A stretch of DNA of 63,188 bases, filler included, from Octopus bimaculoides (GCF_001194135.2; 5 parts of 5 records of this genome joined end to end with filler, not necessarily neighbours in it); one strand, 5' to 3'. Positions 12,180 through 26,708 are shown, counted from the first letter of the whole stretch. Translations and numbers: made by a program. The notes: generated by a model from the letters alone, not told the origin.

Positions 12180-12524
12180 NNNNNNNNNNNNNNNNNNNNN
12201 NNNNNNNNNNNNNNNNNNNNNNNNNNNNNNNNNNNNNNNNNNNNNNNNNNNNNNNNNNNNNNNNNNNNNNNNNNNNNNNNNNNNNNNNNNNNNNNNNNNN
12301 NNNNNNNNNNNNNNNNNNNNNNNNNNNNNNNNNNNNNNNNNNNNNNNNNNNNNNNNNNNNNNNNNNNNNNNNNNNNNNNNNNNNNNNNNNNNNNNNNNNN
12401 NNNNNNNNNNNNNNNNNNNNNNNNNNNNNNNNNNNNNNNNNNNNNNNNNNNNNNNNNNNNNNNNNNNNNNNNNNNNNNNNNNNNNNNNNNNNNNNNNNNN
12501 NNNNNNNNNNNNNNNNNNNNNNNN

Positions 12525-12560
<36 letters not shown>

Positions 12561-12839
12561 ATGTACATATACACATGCATGTGTATATATATACACATAT
12601 ATATATATCATATCATATATACGCGCGCACACACACACACACACACATACACACACTCACTAAGTATTTGAATAGAGTGATGTTTGTATGACTATGCAAA
12701 TGTATGTATATATTTATATGAAGATAAATATATAATTGAAGTACATATATCTTCAGCTTCTCAATTTGTTTGGCAATCAGAGACAAGGACATGCTGTAGC
12801 TTGGCCTTAATATTTCCATATAATTGCCTTACACACACA

Positions 12840-12882
<43 letters not shown>

Positions 12883-12972
12883 TACAAACACACATACCCG
12901 CAGGCATAAATACATACATGCTTACGTACATTAGTGCCTCTTTAGGAACATGAATCCACGCATAAAGATGCG

Positions 12973-13004
<32 letters not shown>

Positions 13005-13879
13005 CACACATATAAACAATACATACATGCATATATATATAAACATATATTTATATGCCCACCTGCATATAATCACACAATGTAATACAAACTGCATGTA
13101 TATGTATATACTTATACCTGCCTATATGAATATATATATATATATATACATATACAATGTTAAGACTGTGTGAATAACTGGGTGATTTTTAGAAAAAAAC
13201 TTTCAACATCTATTATGAAACATTCTTGCCGTGATTCAGAATTGAATTTATTTGTAACTTGTCCAAATAAACATATATGCTATGATAACAGGCCTCATAT
13301 AAGCCTATATTAATTTAAAATTATCTATGATAAATTCATATATATATCTGAGTGTGAATGTGTGAGCGTGAATGTGTGAATATTTGAATATACATATCAA
13401 TGTATATACAGAGGGGCATATATATTTATATATCCATATATGTATATATATATTTATGTATATTTGTATGGAAGTCTTCAAGAATGAATTCATGAATGTC
13501 AGCAATTCCGACCATTTCTCTATGTTATTCTACTTATTGTTTTTTTTCTCTTTGTTGAATAAATTTCTGTACTTATTTTTACAATAAAACCGATATCATA
13601 AAACCTTATTCAATATTGTTTTGTTATCAATGGAAGAGAGACGTGTCGAATACACGACAACTTTGTCGTGTTCATTCATGTTGTTTTCAAAAAGCTTTCT
13701 GTACTGACTTCTGCTTTAAGCATTTGGTTATATGCACTTGAAGTCAATAAAGTCCCAGTGGAGCACCAGAGTCGATGTGTTTGATTTGCCCCCTCCTCTC
13801 AAAATTTCAGGCTTTGTGCCCATAATAGAAAGAATTATACAAGCACACGGATAATGTTGTTCTGTATAAATTCCTTCAA

Positions 13880-14070
13880 ATTTTGGTACAAGGCCAGCAA
13901 GTTTAAAAGGCGGGGATCACAGCGACCCCAGTCCTTCATAGGTACATGTTCTATCAACCCCGGGAGGATGAAAGGCAAAGTCGACCTCGACGATATTTGA
14001 ACTCAGTACGTAAAGAACCACAAGAACTACCGGTATTTTGTCGGTTGTATTAACGATTCCGACAGCTCAC
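13880..14070 (-). mobile_element. SINE family A2, degenerate, with a facing + strand fragment at about 13740-13837
   Basis: GGTACAAGGCCAGCAA...GGATGAAAGGCAAAGTCGACCTCG...TTTGAACTCAG. Confidence 0.7.
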
Positions 14071-15083
14071 GTAGTATATATATATATATATATATATNNN
14101 NNNNNNNNNNNNNNNNNNNNNNNNNNNNNNNNNNNNNNNNNNNNNNNNNNNNNNNNNNNNNNNNNNNNNNNNNNNNNNNNNNNNNNNNNNNNNNNNNNNN
14201 NNNNNNNNNNNNNNNNNNNNNNNNNNNNNNNNNNNNNNNNNNNNNNNNNNNNNNNNNNNNNNNNNNNNNNNNNNNNNNNNNNNNNNNNNNNNNNNNNNNN
14301 NNNNNNNNNNNNNNNNNNNNNNNNNNNNNNNNNNNNNNNNNNNNNNNNNNNNNNNNNNNNNNNNNNNNNNNNNNNNNNNNNNNNNNNNNNNNNNNNNNNN
14401 NNNNNNNNNNNNNNNNNNNNNNNNNNNNNNNNNNNNNNNNNNNNNNNNNNNNNNNNNNNNNNNNNNNNNNNNNNNNNNNNNNNATATATATATATATATA
14501 TAAACAGAAAAAGATGCGATAATGTAGCTGGAGCGACTTTGCTCTCAGACTTGGACGATGAGATCTGAACGAGATTAAACAACAACAACACCAATAACAA
14601 CAACAATAAAATCAATAACAAGCGGTCTGCTGGTGTATGCTATCATCTCTTCCTCATAAGTAAAGCTGTTGACTTGATAAATGGAAATCTGTTTCACAAT
14701 AAACATGACAAAGTGAGTGATAAGAAGCAAGAGGTGATGACATGCTCAGGCAACATAACGAAATGCTGTGTTTCGCGGAAACCTTGAAGGCCTGTAATAA
14801 CATCTATGTAGCATCATCTATCCCGTATAGGCGCAGACATGGTTATGTGGTTAAGAATCCAGATTTGCAAACATATGGTTTGGGGTTCACTCCCTCGGTG
14901 CGGCATCTTCTGCAAGTGTTGTCTTCTACCTTAAAATATAGTTTCGTGTGGAAGTATACAGTCATAGATAGGCAGATAGATAGATAGATCGATCGATCGA
15001 TCGATAGATAGATAGATAGATAGATTGGTCGATAGATAGATATACATAAATGCACACACACACACACACACACAAACACATAT

Positions 15084-15393
15084 GAAGGGGCGTGGCTTAG
15101 TGGTTAGGATATTCGGCTCACCATCCTGAGATCGTGAGTTCAATTCCGGGTGATGCGTTGTGCCCTTGAGCAAGACACTTTATTTCTACTTTATTTCCAT
15201 TCCACTCAGCTGGCAATAATCAGTTGTGCCTGTATTTGAAAGGACTAGCTTTTGTCACCCTGAATCTCGCAGAGAACTACGTTAAGTGTACTACGTGTCT
15301 GTGGAGTGCTCTGCCACTTGTAAGTTAATTTCAGGAGCTGGCTGTTCCGTTGAGCGGATCTACTGGGACACTCGTCGTCGTAACAGACAGAGT
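15084..15393 (+). mobile_element. SINE family D1 (CORE-like centre, 3' body shared with D2)
   Basis: GGCGTGGCTTAGTGGTTAGG...GAGTTCAATTCC...GTTGTGCCCTTGAGCAAGACACTT...GGAGTGCTC...CTCGTCGTCGTAAC. Confidence 0.75.
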
Positions 15394-15589
15394 ACCGGTT
15401 ATATGTGGATCCATTTGAGCTTCTGCTTTTACCCCCACACAACTACAAATGCACTCTGCTTGTCTTGGTTTTGTGCGATGGGTAGAAAAACACTAAAGCT
15501 GCAAACTTCAGATGATATAAAAACCAAAGCTCCATAAAACATATATATCTCTCTGTGAGTGTGTGTGTGCGTGTATATGAATTATCGTC

Positions 15590-16490
15590 GTTGTCGTCGT
15601 CTGCAAAGTCTCGTTTCTGTGTATTTAGCACATTTCACTTCAAAGCGGGGGGTAGATATCATCTGTACTGTAGGGGATTATAGTCTTTCCAATGGCAAAA
15701 ATCCCAATTGTTGCTCTAAACACCCTATTGCAAGAATCCTATTGGACTGTTGGTGCTGGTTACGTTTGGGTTGCTCTGTCTTTCTTACGTTGTCATTTCA
15801 TTCCGATATCCGTGCTGTTTTCTTCAAAACGGGATATTCTTGTTTCAGTTAAATTACGTCAAAGAGTGTATTGGTTGGCTGTCATTTCCCAGGAAAATTT
15901 GGTCTACAACAGTTCTCTTCCTAGTTTTCTTCAATTGATATTTGTAACATCGCAGGGGTTGTCCAGGAGGGCGTCTCCCAATGTTCAGTAATCCAGATAA
16001 GAATATCTTTGGAAGCCTAATTTTGCCCGTACGAGCCGCGTGACCTACCAATCTGAAGCGGTAATTAATGATTGTCGCCTCCATGCTAATTTTTCTCGCA
16101 TCCTTTTAGTACGTCAGTATTGGTAAAATAATCTCATTCGATGCTCAAAATTGACTATAGTTTCTTGTCAATGAATTGTTCAAGCTTTTTCAGATTATGG
16201 CAGTACAGGGCCCACGTTTCACACCCAAACAACAGGGTACACACAAATATGGCATTGTACACGATCATTTTGGTCTACGTAGTAAGACTTCTGCTCCCAA
16301 AGACTCTATTGGAGAGCTTTCAAAAGGGTGAGTGTACTGCCTATATGATATTTTCTATTTTCTTTGATGGTGTACGTTGGACGGACAGGAGACTACCGAG
16401 ATAAGGGAAATGTTCAATGTATTCATTGGAAATTCCGTTAATGGGGATGTTAAATTTTGGTGGGTCACATGCCGGTGGTGATTGTACAAT
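15590..16490 (-). mobile_element. RTE-clade LINE 3' fragment, decayed
   Basis: Minus strand gives IEHFPYLGSLLS, TKMIVYNAIFVCTLLFGCETWALY, LVGHAARTGKIRLPKIFL...GRRPPGQP and RVFRATIGIF. Confidence 0.82.
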
Positions 16491-17916
16491 GATTTTATAT
16501 GCTTATATATATATATATATATATNNNNNNNNNNNNNNNNNNNNNNNNNNNNNNNNNNNNNNNNNNNNNNNNNNNNNNNNNNNNNNNNNNNNNNNNNNNN
16601 NNNNNNNNNNNNNNNNNNNNNNNNNNNNNNNNNNNNNNNNNNNNNNNNNNNNNNNNNNNNNNNNNNNNNNNNNNNNNNNNNNNNNNNNNNNNNNNNNNNN
16701 NNNNNNNNNNNNNNNNNNNNNNNNNNNNNNNNNNNNNNNNNNNNNNNNNNNNNNNNNNNNNNNNNNNNNNNNNNNNNNNNNNNNNNNNNNNNNNNNNNNN
16801 NNNNNNNNNNNNNNNNNNNNNNNNNNNNNNNNNNNNNNNNNNNNNNNNNNNNNNNNNNNNNNNNNNNNNNNNNNNNNNNNNNNNNNNNNNNNNNNNNNNN
16901 NNNNNNNNNNNNNNNNNNNNNNNNNNNNNNNNNNNNNNNNNNNNNNNNNNNNNNNNNNNNNNNNNNNNNNNNNNNNNNNNNNNNNNNNNNNNNNNNNNNN
17001 NNNNNNNNNNNNNNNNNNNNNNNNNNNNNNNNNNNNNNNNNNNNNNNNNNNNNNNNNNNNNNNNNNNNNNNNNNNNNNNNNNNNNNNNNNNNNNNNNNNN
17101 NNNNNNNNNNNNNNNNNNNNNNNNNNNNNNNNNNNNNNNNNNNNNNNNNNNNNNNNNNNNNNNNNNNNNNNNNNNNNNNNNNNNNNNNNNNNNNNNNNNN
17201 NNNNNNNNNNNNNNNNNNNNNNNNNNNNNNNNNNNNNNNNNNNNNNNNNNNNNNNNNNNNNNNNNNNNNNNNNNNNNNNNNNNNNNNNNNNNNNNNNNNN
17301 NNNNNNNNNNNNNNNNNNNNNNNNNNNNNNNNNNNTTTTATCGTTTTTTGTATAATATATATATAGCGACACAAACTTACTTATTAAACGAAATACTGAA
17401 ACACCGCCAAGATAGCATGTTTTAATTCTGCCATTTTATCTAGCAATTTCTATAAATAATGAAGGCGTAACAGTATGATAATGAAATTCGCCCTCAACAA
17501 CCACAACCAAGCGGCTTCAGGTTCGAAGACACTGCACGACGCCTGGCGCAAGTGGTACGAGCAAAGATTCCAGTTTTCCATTTATGTGGAAATTATGTGT
17601 GCTTGTTAGTATTTTTCGGGTTTTCACATCGATGGCTCAGATCCCATCAAACGTCCAATCAAGCTGCCCAAATGTTAATATGAGTACTGGCACTGCAAAC
17701 ACATTGTGGACCACTGTTTTATTGAATTCAGAAATTATGAGGTCCAAATGTTCTTTATTTGGCTAATATTCTTTAGTGACACGTGTTTTGTTACAGATGC
17801 CATTGTAAGATGTTTTCACCCACCCCTAGATACCTGTAACATTCCTTGTATGTATGCATGTATGTATGTATGCATGTATGTATCTATGCATGTATGTACG
17901 CATGCTTGTATGTATG

Positions 17917-18146
17917 TTATTTCTTTACTACCCACAAGGGGCTACACACAGAGGGGACAAACAAGGACAGACAAACGGATTAAGTCGATTATATCGACCC
18001 CAGTGCGTAACTGGTACTTATTTAATCGACCCCGAAAGGATGAAAGGCACAGTCAACCACGGCAGAATTTGAACTCAGAACGTAGCGGCAGACGAAATAC
18101 CGCTAAGCATTTCGCCCGGTGTGCTAGCGTTTCTGCCAGCTCGCCG
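17917..18146 (-). mobile_element. SINE family A1, full length, within (TATG)n
   Basis: Near-identical to 1006-1235 and flanked on both sides by the TATG microsatellite. Confidence 0.85.
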
Positions 18147-19099
18147 TATGTATATATCTATGCATGTATGTATGTATGTATCTATGTATATCTGTGTGTA
18201 CGTGTATGTATGTATGAATTTATGCATGCGTGGCTAAATGAGTACATGTGTGTATACGTTTGTTTGCCGCCGTGTTTACATCCACAGCAGTGTTCGTGTT
18301 TACAGCAAACTTTATGCCGCGTCTCTCTCTATGTTACGCTAATTAGAAGTTAGATAACCACAAAAAGAAAAAAGACAATAACATAAGTACCAGATATGTC
18401 TACATACCGTGTTCAGTCTGATCGATCACAGCCCCCTGAAAGCTGTGAGCCAATAAAAAATAATAGAATATCTTTAGCAGCAGACTTCATTTTATTTTCT
18501 ATAACATGAGATCTCGTTTGTTACGTTTAACTGCGTTCTGATTTTCGTTTTGTTATAGTCGCTGTTGTTTTTGTTGGTTATTTTTTTATTATCTTTGTTG
18601 TTGTTGCTGCTGTTCCCTCCTTTCATCTTTCCTCGTCCCTTCACTCTTTTCTCCAGAAATGCTCTTGCATTCGTTGTTTCGGTTTTCACAAGATAATATT
18701 CGTTCCAAGACTATCATAGAAAATAAAGTTGGCGGATCAATGACGAAGAGGAAACCTGAAACCTTACAGGCTGCCCCAAATATATCGCTGACAAATCAAT
18801 AATGCAATACAATATAGTTTAAATGCAGATGTTATGTTGAAAAGGACTCGTGTGTCGTTTGTCTGATTCTACATTTGGCTTTCTTTACAAACTGGGATAC
18901 CAATAGTTTCCAATCGATAAGTTACTAATGGGTTAATTGCGAAAACGGTTCTGCTTTTCTAAGACTAAGATGTTGACTATTAATAAAACAGAAAGGGAGT
19001 CAATAAGAATTTTGAGCGGGAAAATCCGAATGGAACCTTTGGGCGGGATAGAAGGGAAAGTAAAGAGAGGGTAAAAGATGAGTGGATCTGTGAGTGAGG

Positions 19100-19578
19100 G
19101 AGTGGGGGAGTGGGGGAGTGGGGGAGTCGAAGGGAAATGAGAGAGTGAAGGATGGAGAGAGGGGGAAGTAAGAAAAGTGTGAGTGAATAAGAGAGAGTGT
19201 GAGTGAGTGAGTGAATGAGAGAGTGAGAGAGTGGGAGAGTGAGTGAGTGAGCGAGTGAGTGAGTGAGTAGGTGATTGAGTGAGTGAATGAGCGAGAGAAT
19301 GAGGAAGGGAGGGAGGGAGCGAGGGAGCGAGCGAGTGGGTGAGTGAGTGAGTGTATAAGAGAATGAGTGAGAGAGAGAGTGAGTGAGTGAGCAAGTAAGT
19401 GATTAAGTGACTGAATGAGTAAGTGAGGGAATGAGCGAATGAGTGTATGAGTGAGTAAGTGGGAGGTGTCCGTGAATCAGTAAGTCAGAGAATTAATCAA
19501 CCAGTGATATGTCTGTAGGTTGGAGAAATAGTGAAAGATTATGAGATTAGATAGATAGAAAGATAGATAGATAGATAT

Positions 19579-19619
<41 letters not shown>

Positions 19620-19620
19620 C
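19100..19620. repeat. (GAGT)n/(GA)n/(GATA)n purine-rich low-complexity tract
   Basis: Read directly. Confidence 0.85.
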
Positions 19621-20494
19621 TGAGAGAAAGAAAGAGAGAGCATGAAGGAAAGAGAGATAGTGAGCAAGAGAAGGAAATGAAAGAGAATTAAACAAGCGTG
19701 ATATAACGAGAGAAAATATAATTTGGATTCATAGGTCGAGAGAAGGGCGGTGGATAAATAGAACGCTGAGAAATAGAGAAAGAAGAATAAGGAGCGTAAA
19801 TAAATGCTAAGAGTATGTAGGAAGGAGAATGGAAGTAAATACGATACTTCTAGAAGAAATGAGATGCATAAAAAAAAACAAAAAAACACTGCAGTAAGCT
19901 ACAGCTTCGTTAGTTTCTTGACTTGTATTCCCATCTCTTAGTGTCATCGACTTTCATAATGATAAGATAACCAAGGTAACTCTAAGAGTGCAGAAAGCGA
20001 GACCTGGTGTCTCCAAAATTCTGGCTAAATTAAGAATAGAGAAAACGGTAAAAGTTGGCCTTCGTAGTGAAGGAGTCAGTCAATCACACAAAATGAGATC
20101 TTTCGTTATAGATTTTGTAATTTAATTTCATATGCACAAGAGTAAAATGAAACCAATTGATCAGTCATTGACAATCGATGAACGACAAAAGTCTAGGTTA
20201 GTAAGAGATGTGATCAGTATGCAGTAGATTAGTAAAATACTCGATACTAAATACCTATATTTACTAAATACCTATATTTACTAACGGTAGTTGCTTACGG
20301 AGGTGTGGATTGAGTTAGTGCTTGGGAGCTGCATCAGAAATGTTTGGTTGATACATGTGAAGGAGTTATTTGTCTCATTATACACCCACATACATTCATA
20401 TATGCATGCATAGAAGTAAATGTAGAGACAAGCAAATTAGACAGATCAATATATAAAGTAAATTAAATACGTGAAACACAAAAAAATGTATATA

Positions 20495-20760
20495 TGCGGT
20501 CTGATCAATAAGTATCCGGACTGTTGCTATAGTGACAAAGCTAAAACACGAAGAGTGAAGCCACTTGGCACAGATTTATCTTGAACTCTACTGGTGCATT
20601 TGCACTAAATTTCAACGTTCTAGCTCACTTCCGGTGTTTACGGCAGGACTTGGAAGGAAGGTGTGTAGCGTTTGATCGTTGCATTGACCATGACAAAGAA
20701 AGTTGAGCAGAGAATCTGCATCAAGTTTTTCCAAAAGCTTGACAATACCTGCTCAAAGGC
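20495..20760 (+). mobile_element. Mariner-family transposon 5' end (TIR plus start of transposase)
   Basis: TA followed by TGCGGTCTGATCAATAAGTATCCGGACTG. ATG at 20690 gives MTKKVEQRICIKFFQKL, the mariner EQR..IKF motif. Truncated. Confidence 0.7.
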
Positions 20761-20808
20761 CTATGACCGCGAGTCCGCTGCCCTAACCACTGGGCCATTG
20801 CGTCTCCC
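20760..20808 (-). mobile_element. SINE family D2 head fragment
   Basis: Nearly identical to 31216-31263. Confidence 0.75.
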
Positions 20809-21324
20809 TCCACTGACATTCTAATACAGCCAATTAAATGCTACATTTAAATTCGTACCACTTTAAAAGCAAAGCATTGTAAAACCAGACATATTTAGAC
20901 ATTTCATGATTAACGAATTTCCACCCACGATATTTAGGTAAATACACTACCGTCTAAAAAGTCTGCCGCACGACGAATAGGGAAACCGTATATTACTTTA
21001 TAATCAACAGCTACAACCGAATAGGTTTCATGATTGTCTGATAGCAAGTAAACACTGGTTTACAATAGTGATTGGCAACCAAGGATAAATTTACATCCTG
21101 GTGATAAAGATGTACGAAGCAGACGATAAATATGTCATAGCTGATCCTACGTTATTACATAATCGACAAAGCTTATTTTTAAAATATGGAAAAAAAAATA
21201 AACAAAAGAAAATACACATCTCAGTTTTGTAGTGCGACGTATATTACGTAACGGCAGAGACGGCATAACGAAAACTTGGTAGAGTATGATGTTTGCTACT
21301 ACATAAGCTATGAGTGTAGATTAA

Positions 21325-21407
21325 GTATATCGACACGGCGAGCTGCCAGAATCGTTAGCGATATTTCTTCCGGCTCTTTACGTTCTGAGTTCAAATTCTG
21401 CCAAGGT
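21325..21407 (+). mobile_element. SINE family A head cut by a gap
   Basis: GGCGAGCTGCCAGAATCGTTAG...TTACGTTCTGAGTTCAAATTCTGCC. Confidence 0.65.
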
Positions 21408-21809
21408 NNNNNNNNNNNNNNNNNNNNNNNNNNNNNNNNNNNNNNNNNNNNTTAATTAATTAANNNNNNNNNNNNNNNNNNNNNNNNNNNNNNNNNNNNN
21501 NNNNNNNACAGGAAAACGAAACGGTGAAATAAACAAACAAAAAGGCTGTACAGCCAGACGTGAAGTGTGTATGTCTTGAACGCTGTGAAGCACGTACAGG
21601 AGGGGCAAAGAAGTACGTGCGAGCTTGGTGATTCCAAGAACGAAAAGAAATAGCAGCCGGACACACGTGACCAAGGCTGTGTGTAGAGAAAGAGTAGCAG
21701 AGGGAAAAGGAGGGGAGGAAGTAGAATAAAAGTGAGCAACGAGAGGTAGAGAGAGAGAGAGATAGTAATATATATATTTATATATACATACACACACAAA
21801 TAAAAATTG

Positions 21810-21857
<48 letters not shown>

Positions 21858-24184
21858 ATATATAACGTGTGTATATGAATATATATGTATATGTATGTAG
21901 GTATGTTTGTGTGTGGATATGCACAATTGTGTGTATTTCATTTTCTCTGTCTGTCTGTCTGTCTGTCTCTCTTTATTGCTAGATATGTTTTTCTCCTCTC
22001 TGTCTATCTAAAGTACTCCTGATTGCTAACAGTATATAAACGCTTCGTCCGAGTGTAAATTTTGTATTGTTTGATCCTCTGTCTGAAGAATTTCTAATAG
22101 GAGATATTTTACATATTTTCTACTATATGTACCATTTTAGTACTCCTGTTAGTAAATGAGACACGTGTAATGGTGAACAAATAATACCAAAAATTTTGAA
22201 TCTCCTGTTTATATATATATATGTACGTATATATGTGTGTGTGTACGTGTGTGGCGTGTGTGTGTGTGTGTACGTGTGTGGCGTGTGTGTGTGTGTATGT
22301 GTGTGTATGTGCGCGCGCATGTACACCCACAATCGGCTGGAAAACTGCAAAAGCGACACAAATGTCGAGTTTTGTGTTCGACACACTCACAAACGCACAC
22401 TGTATCATGAACAAGATAAAAGTGTTCATCTTATTTTCTTTTCTTTCTATTCTCTGTTTTCTTCCTCATATTCTCTATTCCAAGAATGCTGACTCGGTAC
22501 CTTAGGAACCTGTCTATTCATCCATTGACAATGACTTATTAAATACGTTTCCTTCGAATTTATTTCTACTCGAATTGTAGACTTCCTTCTTTGCTAGTTT
22601 CCATAACTTAATTTAACATATTTGATTTATAAATCCTTGATTATAGAGTTTTTTTCTTCAAAATTCAGGAAATAGAGTAAATAATATTAGTTAATACTAT
22701 TTTGTTTTTGAAATTTTGTATATATTTTTCTTCCACATTCATTACAAGTAAAATTTAATTTTGCTTCTTTTCTGCATATTCAACTATATAATATGGGAGT
22801 ACGACTATGCAATAGCAGCTCGAATCTAATAATCAAACATCAAAGAATGTATTGAAAACAGCTTGTCAATTTTACTCGTAGTTAAAAGTAAAATATTGGC
22901 TACTCGTGGGACCTATGGAAATCCGACATAGCGACAAAGATTAAGAGAAGCTATTTAAGAAAGAAAGGGTGATTTTTATTTTTTATTTTGCTAAGTTATT
23001 TCACTTCCAGTCACAATAATATATTATACGATTTTAAAATTACCCTCTGCTAATCACTTTATATTTCTCTCTTTCTCTCTATCTCTTCAACAAACTTTTT
23101 AACCATTTAATTCCTCTCTCCATGTCTTTAATATTTCTCTCTTTTTCTTCACTTTTCCTTCCCCACCTACATCACGTCATTAACATTTCTCTCTCCTACT
23201 TTTCTCTCGCTCTTTGCCTCTCCCTTTAACTAATCACGTGATGTATTTGGCCTTAGTGTATTATTATACTCCTCTCTTCTTTCTTCTCTTCTCACATTTC
23301 TCCCCCACTCTCTCTCAGTTTTACTCCACCTCTCTAACTAACTAAAGTATAACGAGCGAACGAACAAGCAGATTATTATATAGATTATAAGACACCTTCA
23401 CAAGGCAGAGTTCCCTGGAAACAATTTCCTGCATGCAGATATTAAGAACTTACTTTTTTCTCTCTACCTCTAAACAATTAACGCTCTATACAGAAAAAGA
23501 AAAAATGAAAAGAAAATCGCACATTCCATGAATTTCTTCCAGATTATAATTATTTTCTTCCCTTAATAAATGTCACGCCTCATAAAATGTGTAATTAACA
23601 TACCTTGGGTTATATCATACTGACGATTTCTAAAATGAGTGAAATAGTGGTATAGATGATTGTGACCACTTAGATATTTTAAGAAGTTCGTAATCAGTAA
23701 ACCGAAAAGTTCAATGTGTGTATTCTATACATTTTCCCATATTCCTTAATTTCATGCTAAAATTTCTAAGCCCACCAAACATTATGAAGAAAATTTTTAT
23801 TTCCCTTGCAATAACTGTCCGTTAGAGGAGGACATGAATTTGCGACTTATTCTCCCAATATTAATCTCTTCATTCCTCATCTTTCTTCATTGTATGCAAG
23901 TACTTTTTCTTTCTCACTTTTATAGATATAATGCTTTAGCTGAAGTTCACTTTTCTCTATCTTACCATGACTCCTTTACTCCTGATGATCTCCTCCACAA
24001 TCAAATATGATACAACATTTGTTCAGTTTTTTCTTTTATTTACTTTTCGTTTATAAAATCCACTTTTTCAAATAGATCACCAGTTTTAAACTATAAATTC
24101 CATGAATGAATAAAATACCTCATTCATTTAATAATATCGTACGGCAAAACAAAGTCGCATGTAAGGAATCATTATAGTTTCAAT

Positions 24185-24293
<109 letters not shown>

Positions 24294-25220
24294 GGGGAGT
24301 AAAGAAGAAATGATTGAAGCAGTGAAAATGCAGAGAACCTTAAAAGTGAACAAAGCCGTAGATCCAATACAATTTAAGAAAGACCAGAGAGAGCAGATGA
24401 AGAAAATTTGGCAGGACAAGAAAATGCAGTCAGTTCTTGAAGAATAAAGATGAGACTCATTGGAATAGAACCTGGCAATGGTTGCAGAAAGGAGACTTAA
24501 AAGGGCCCTCTGAGGCATTAGCGTGTCGCACTCAAGAACAAGCTCTCAGAACAAACTACTCTAAATATCACATTGATAAAAGCACTGACTCGCCACAGTG
24601 TAGGATGTGCTCTGAAAAGGGAGAAAGTATAAGCCATATTGTTAGTGAGTGATGTAGGCTCGCACAACGCGAATCTAAAAGGAGACACGACAATGTGGTC
24701 AGATATGTCGACTGGCTGTTGTGCGGTAAAGCAACCTCGAGTGGGCCGAACAATGGTATGAACACAAGCCAGAGGGAGCAATGGAAAATGAACATTACAA
24801 AATACTCTGGTATTTTAACATGCTGTGCGACCAAGTCATAGAGGCGAGACGACCAGATATCTTGCTCATCCATAAAAGATGAAAAAGAAGTGAAGATAAT
24901 AGATGTTGCAATACCAGGCGATTCGAGGGTGAAATGTAAGGAAACAGAAAAGATTGAAAAATACCAGCCACGGCGGGACGAGGTAGGACAGTTATGGGGC
25001 ATGAGGAAAGTAATGGTAATACCGGTGGTAATTGGAGTATTAGGAGCAGTTTCCAAGAGTTTTGAAAAATATATTAAGAATGTTGGAGCTAATGTCAGGC
25101 TCGAGGTGATCCAGAAGACATCATTATTGGAAAAAGCTCATATTCTAAGGAGAGTATTGTCTCTTTGAGTCACAGGAGAAAGAACTACTTGTAGCCTTTT
25201 GTGATTTGTTGTTACCTGCT
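24294..25220 (+). mobile_element. R4/Dong-like non-LTR retrotransposon with restriction-like endonuclease, 5'-truncated and decayed (copy 1)
   Basis: QEQALRTN, CRMC...SHIVSE(C) zinc knuckle, RHD, RRPD...IIDVAIPGD...KETEKIEKY endonuclease motif and C-terminal QKTSLLEKAHILRRVLSL*. Contains stops and frameshifts. Starts directly after (TAA)36. Confidence 0.85.
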
Positions 25221-25224
25221 TTCA

Positions 25225-26654
25225 AGTAAAGAATAACTGTTGACAATGCATAGAATGCACCACCCTAAGGCAGATATAGAACATCTTTATCTGCCAAGAA
25301 AAGAGGGAGGCCGAGGACTTCTACAGCTGGCATTATCAATGAAGGTAGCCACAATTGGCCTAGACACCTATCTGAAAAACTCTGAGGACTGGATGCTAAA
25401 ACTTGTCTTAAAATATGAAAGCAAGAAAGCATCTTACTCAGTAACAAAACAGGCAAAGAAATATCTAAGTGAATTCCAATTGCAACAAATTCAAGAATTA
25501 GACGAACTAGAAACACCTGCAGAAAAAGCTAAGCGCTTGAAAACCCGTGCTAAAATTGCTGCCTTAGATATTATGACTGAAAAATGGCATGGAAANNNNN
25601 NNNNNNNNNNNNNNNNNNNNNNNNNNNNNNNNNNNNNNNNNNNNNNNNNNNNNNNNNNNNNNNNNNNNNNNNNNNNNNNNNNNNNNNNNNNNNNNNNNNN
25701 NNNNNNNNNNNNNNNNNNNNNNNNNNNNNNNNNNNNNNNNNNNNNNNNNNNNNNNNNNNNNNNNNNNNNNNNNNNNNNNNNNNNNNNNNNNNNNNNNNNN
25801 NNNNNNNNNNNNNNNNNNNNNNNNNNNNNNNNNNNNNNNNNNNNNNNNNNNNNNNNNNNNNNNNNNNNNNNNNNNNNNNNNNNNNNNNNNNNNNNNNNNN
25901 NNNNNNNNNNNNNNNNNNNNNNNNNNNNNNNNNNNNNNNNNNNNNNNNNNNNNNNNNNNNNNNNNNNNNNNNNNNNNNNNNNNNNNNNNNNNNNNNNNNN
26001 NNNNNNNNNNNNNNNNNNNNNNNNNNNNNNNNNNNNNNNNNNNNNNNNNNNNNNNNNNNNNNNNNNNNNNNNNNNNNNNNNNNNNNNNNNNNNNNNNNNN
26101 NNNNNNNNNNNNNNNNNNNNNNNNNNNNNNNNNNNNNNNNNNNNNNNNNNNNNNNNNNNNNNNNNNNNNNNNNNNNNNNNNNNNNNNNNNNNNNNNNNNN
26201 NNNNNNNNNNNNNNNNNNNNNNNNNNNNNNNNNNNNNNNNNNNNNNNNNNNNNNNNNNNNNNNNNNNNNNNNNNNNNNNNNNNNNNNNNNNNNNNNNNNN
26301 NNNNNNNNNNNNNNNNNNNNNNNNNNNNNNNNNNNNNNNNNNNNNNNNNNNNNNNNNNNNNNNNNNNNNNNNNNNNNNNNNNNNNNNNNNNNNATGGCTG
26401 AAGTTCAAAAGATAGTTCTCATGGGAACTGCCCATATCCTACGTAAAATACTGTCTATGTGATCTCAAGTTTTAAAGCAAACACATAATTTTCTTATGGT
26501 TTCTTAAACATTCACTTGAACAAAACTGTACAAATCCAAATATATGGTACCCTAGGCATAACACCTACATGAACTTCTAATTTGTTGTCTCTTGAGGTCT
26601 CTGGGTGAGACTTGGATCCAACTTGTACAAATGCAAAACAAAAGTCAAACATAA

Positions 26655-26708
<54 letters not shown>
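25225..26708 (+). mobile_element. R4/Dong-like non-LTR retrotransposon (copy 2, different subfamily), middle lost in gap
   Basis: LTMHRMHHPKADIEHLYLPRKEGGRGL thumb motif through to KWHG, then gap 25596-26393, then AEVQKIVLMGTAHILRKILSM* (stop 26460-26462), a 3' UTR of about 190 nt and an (AAT)n tail. Confidence 0.85.
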
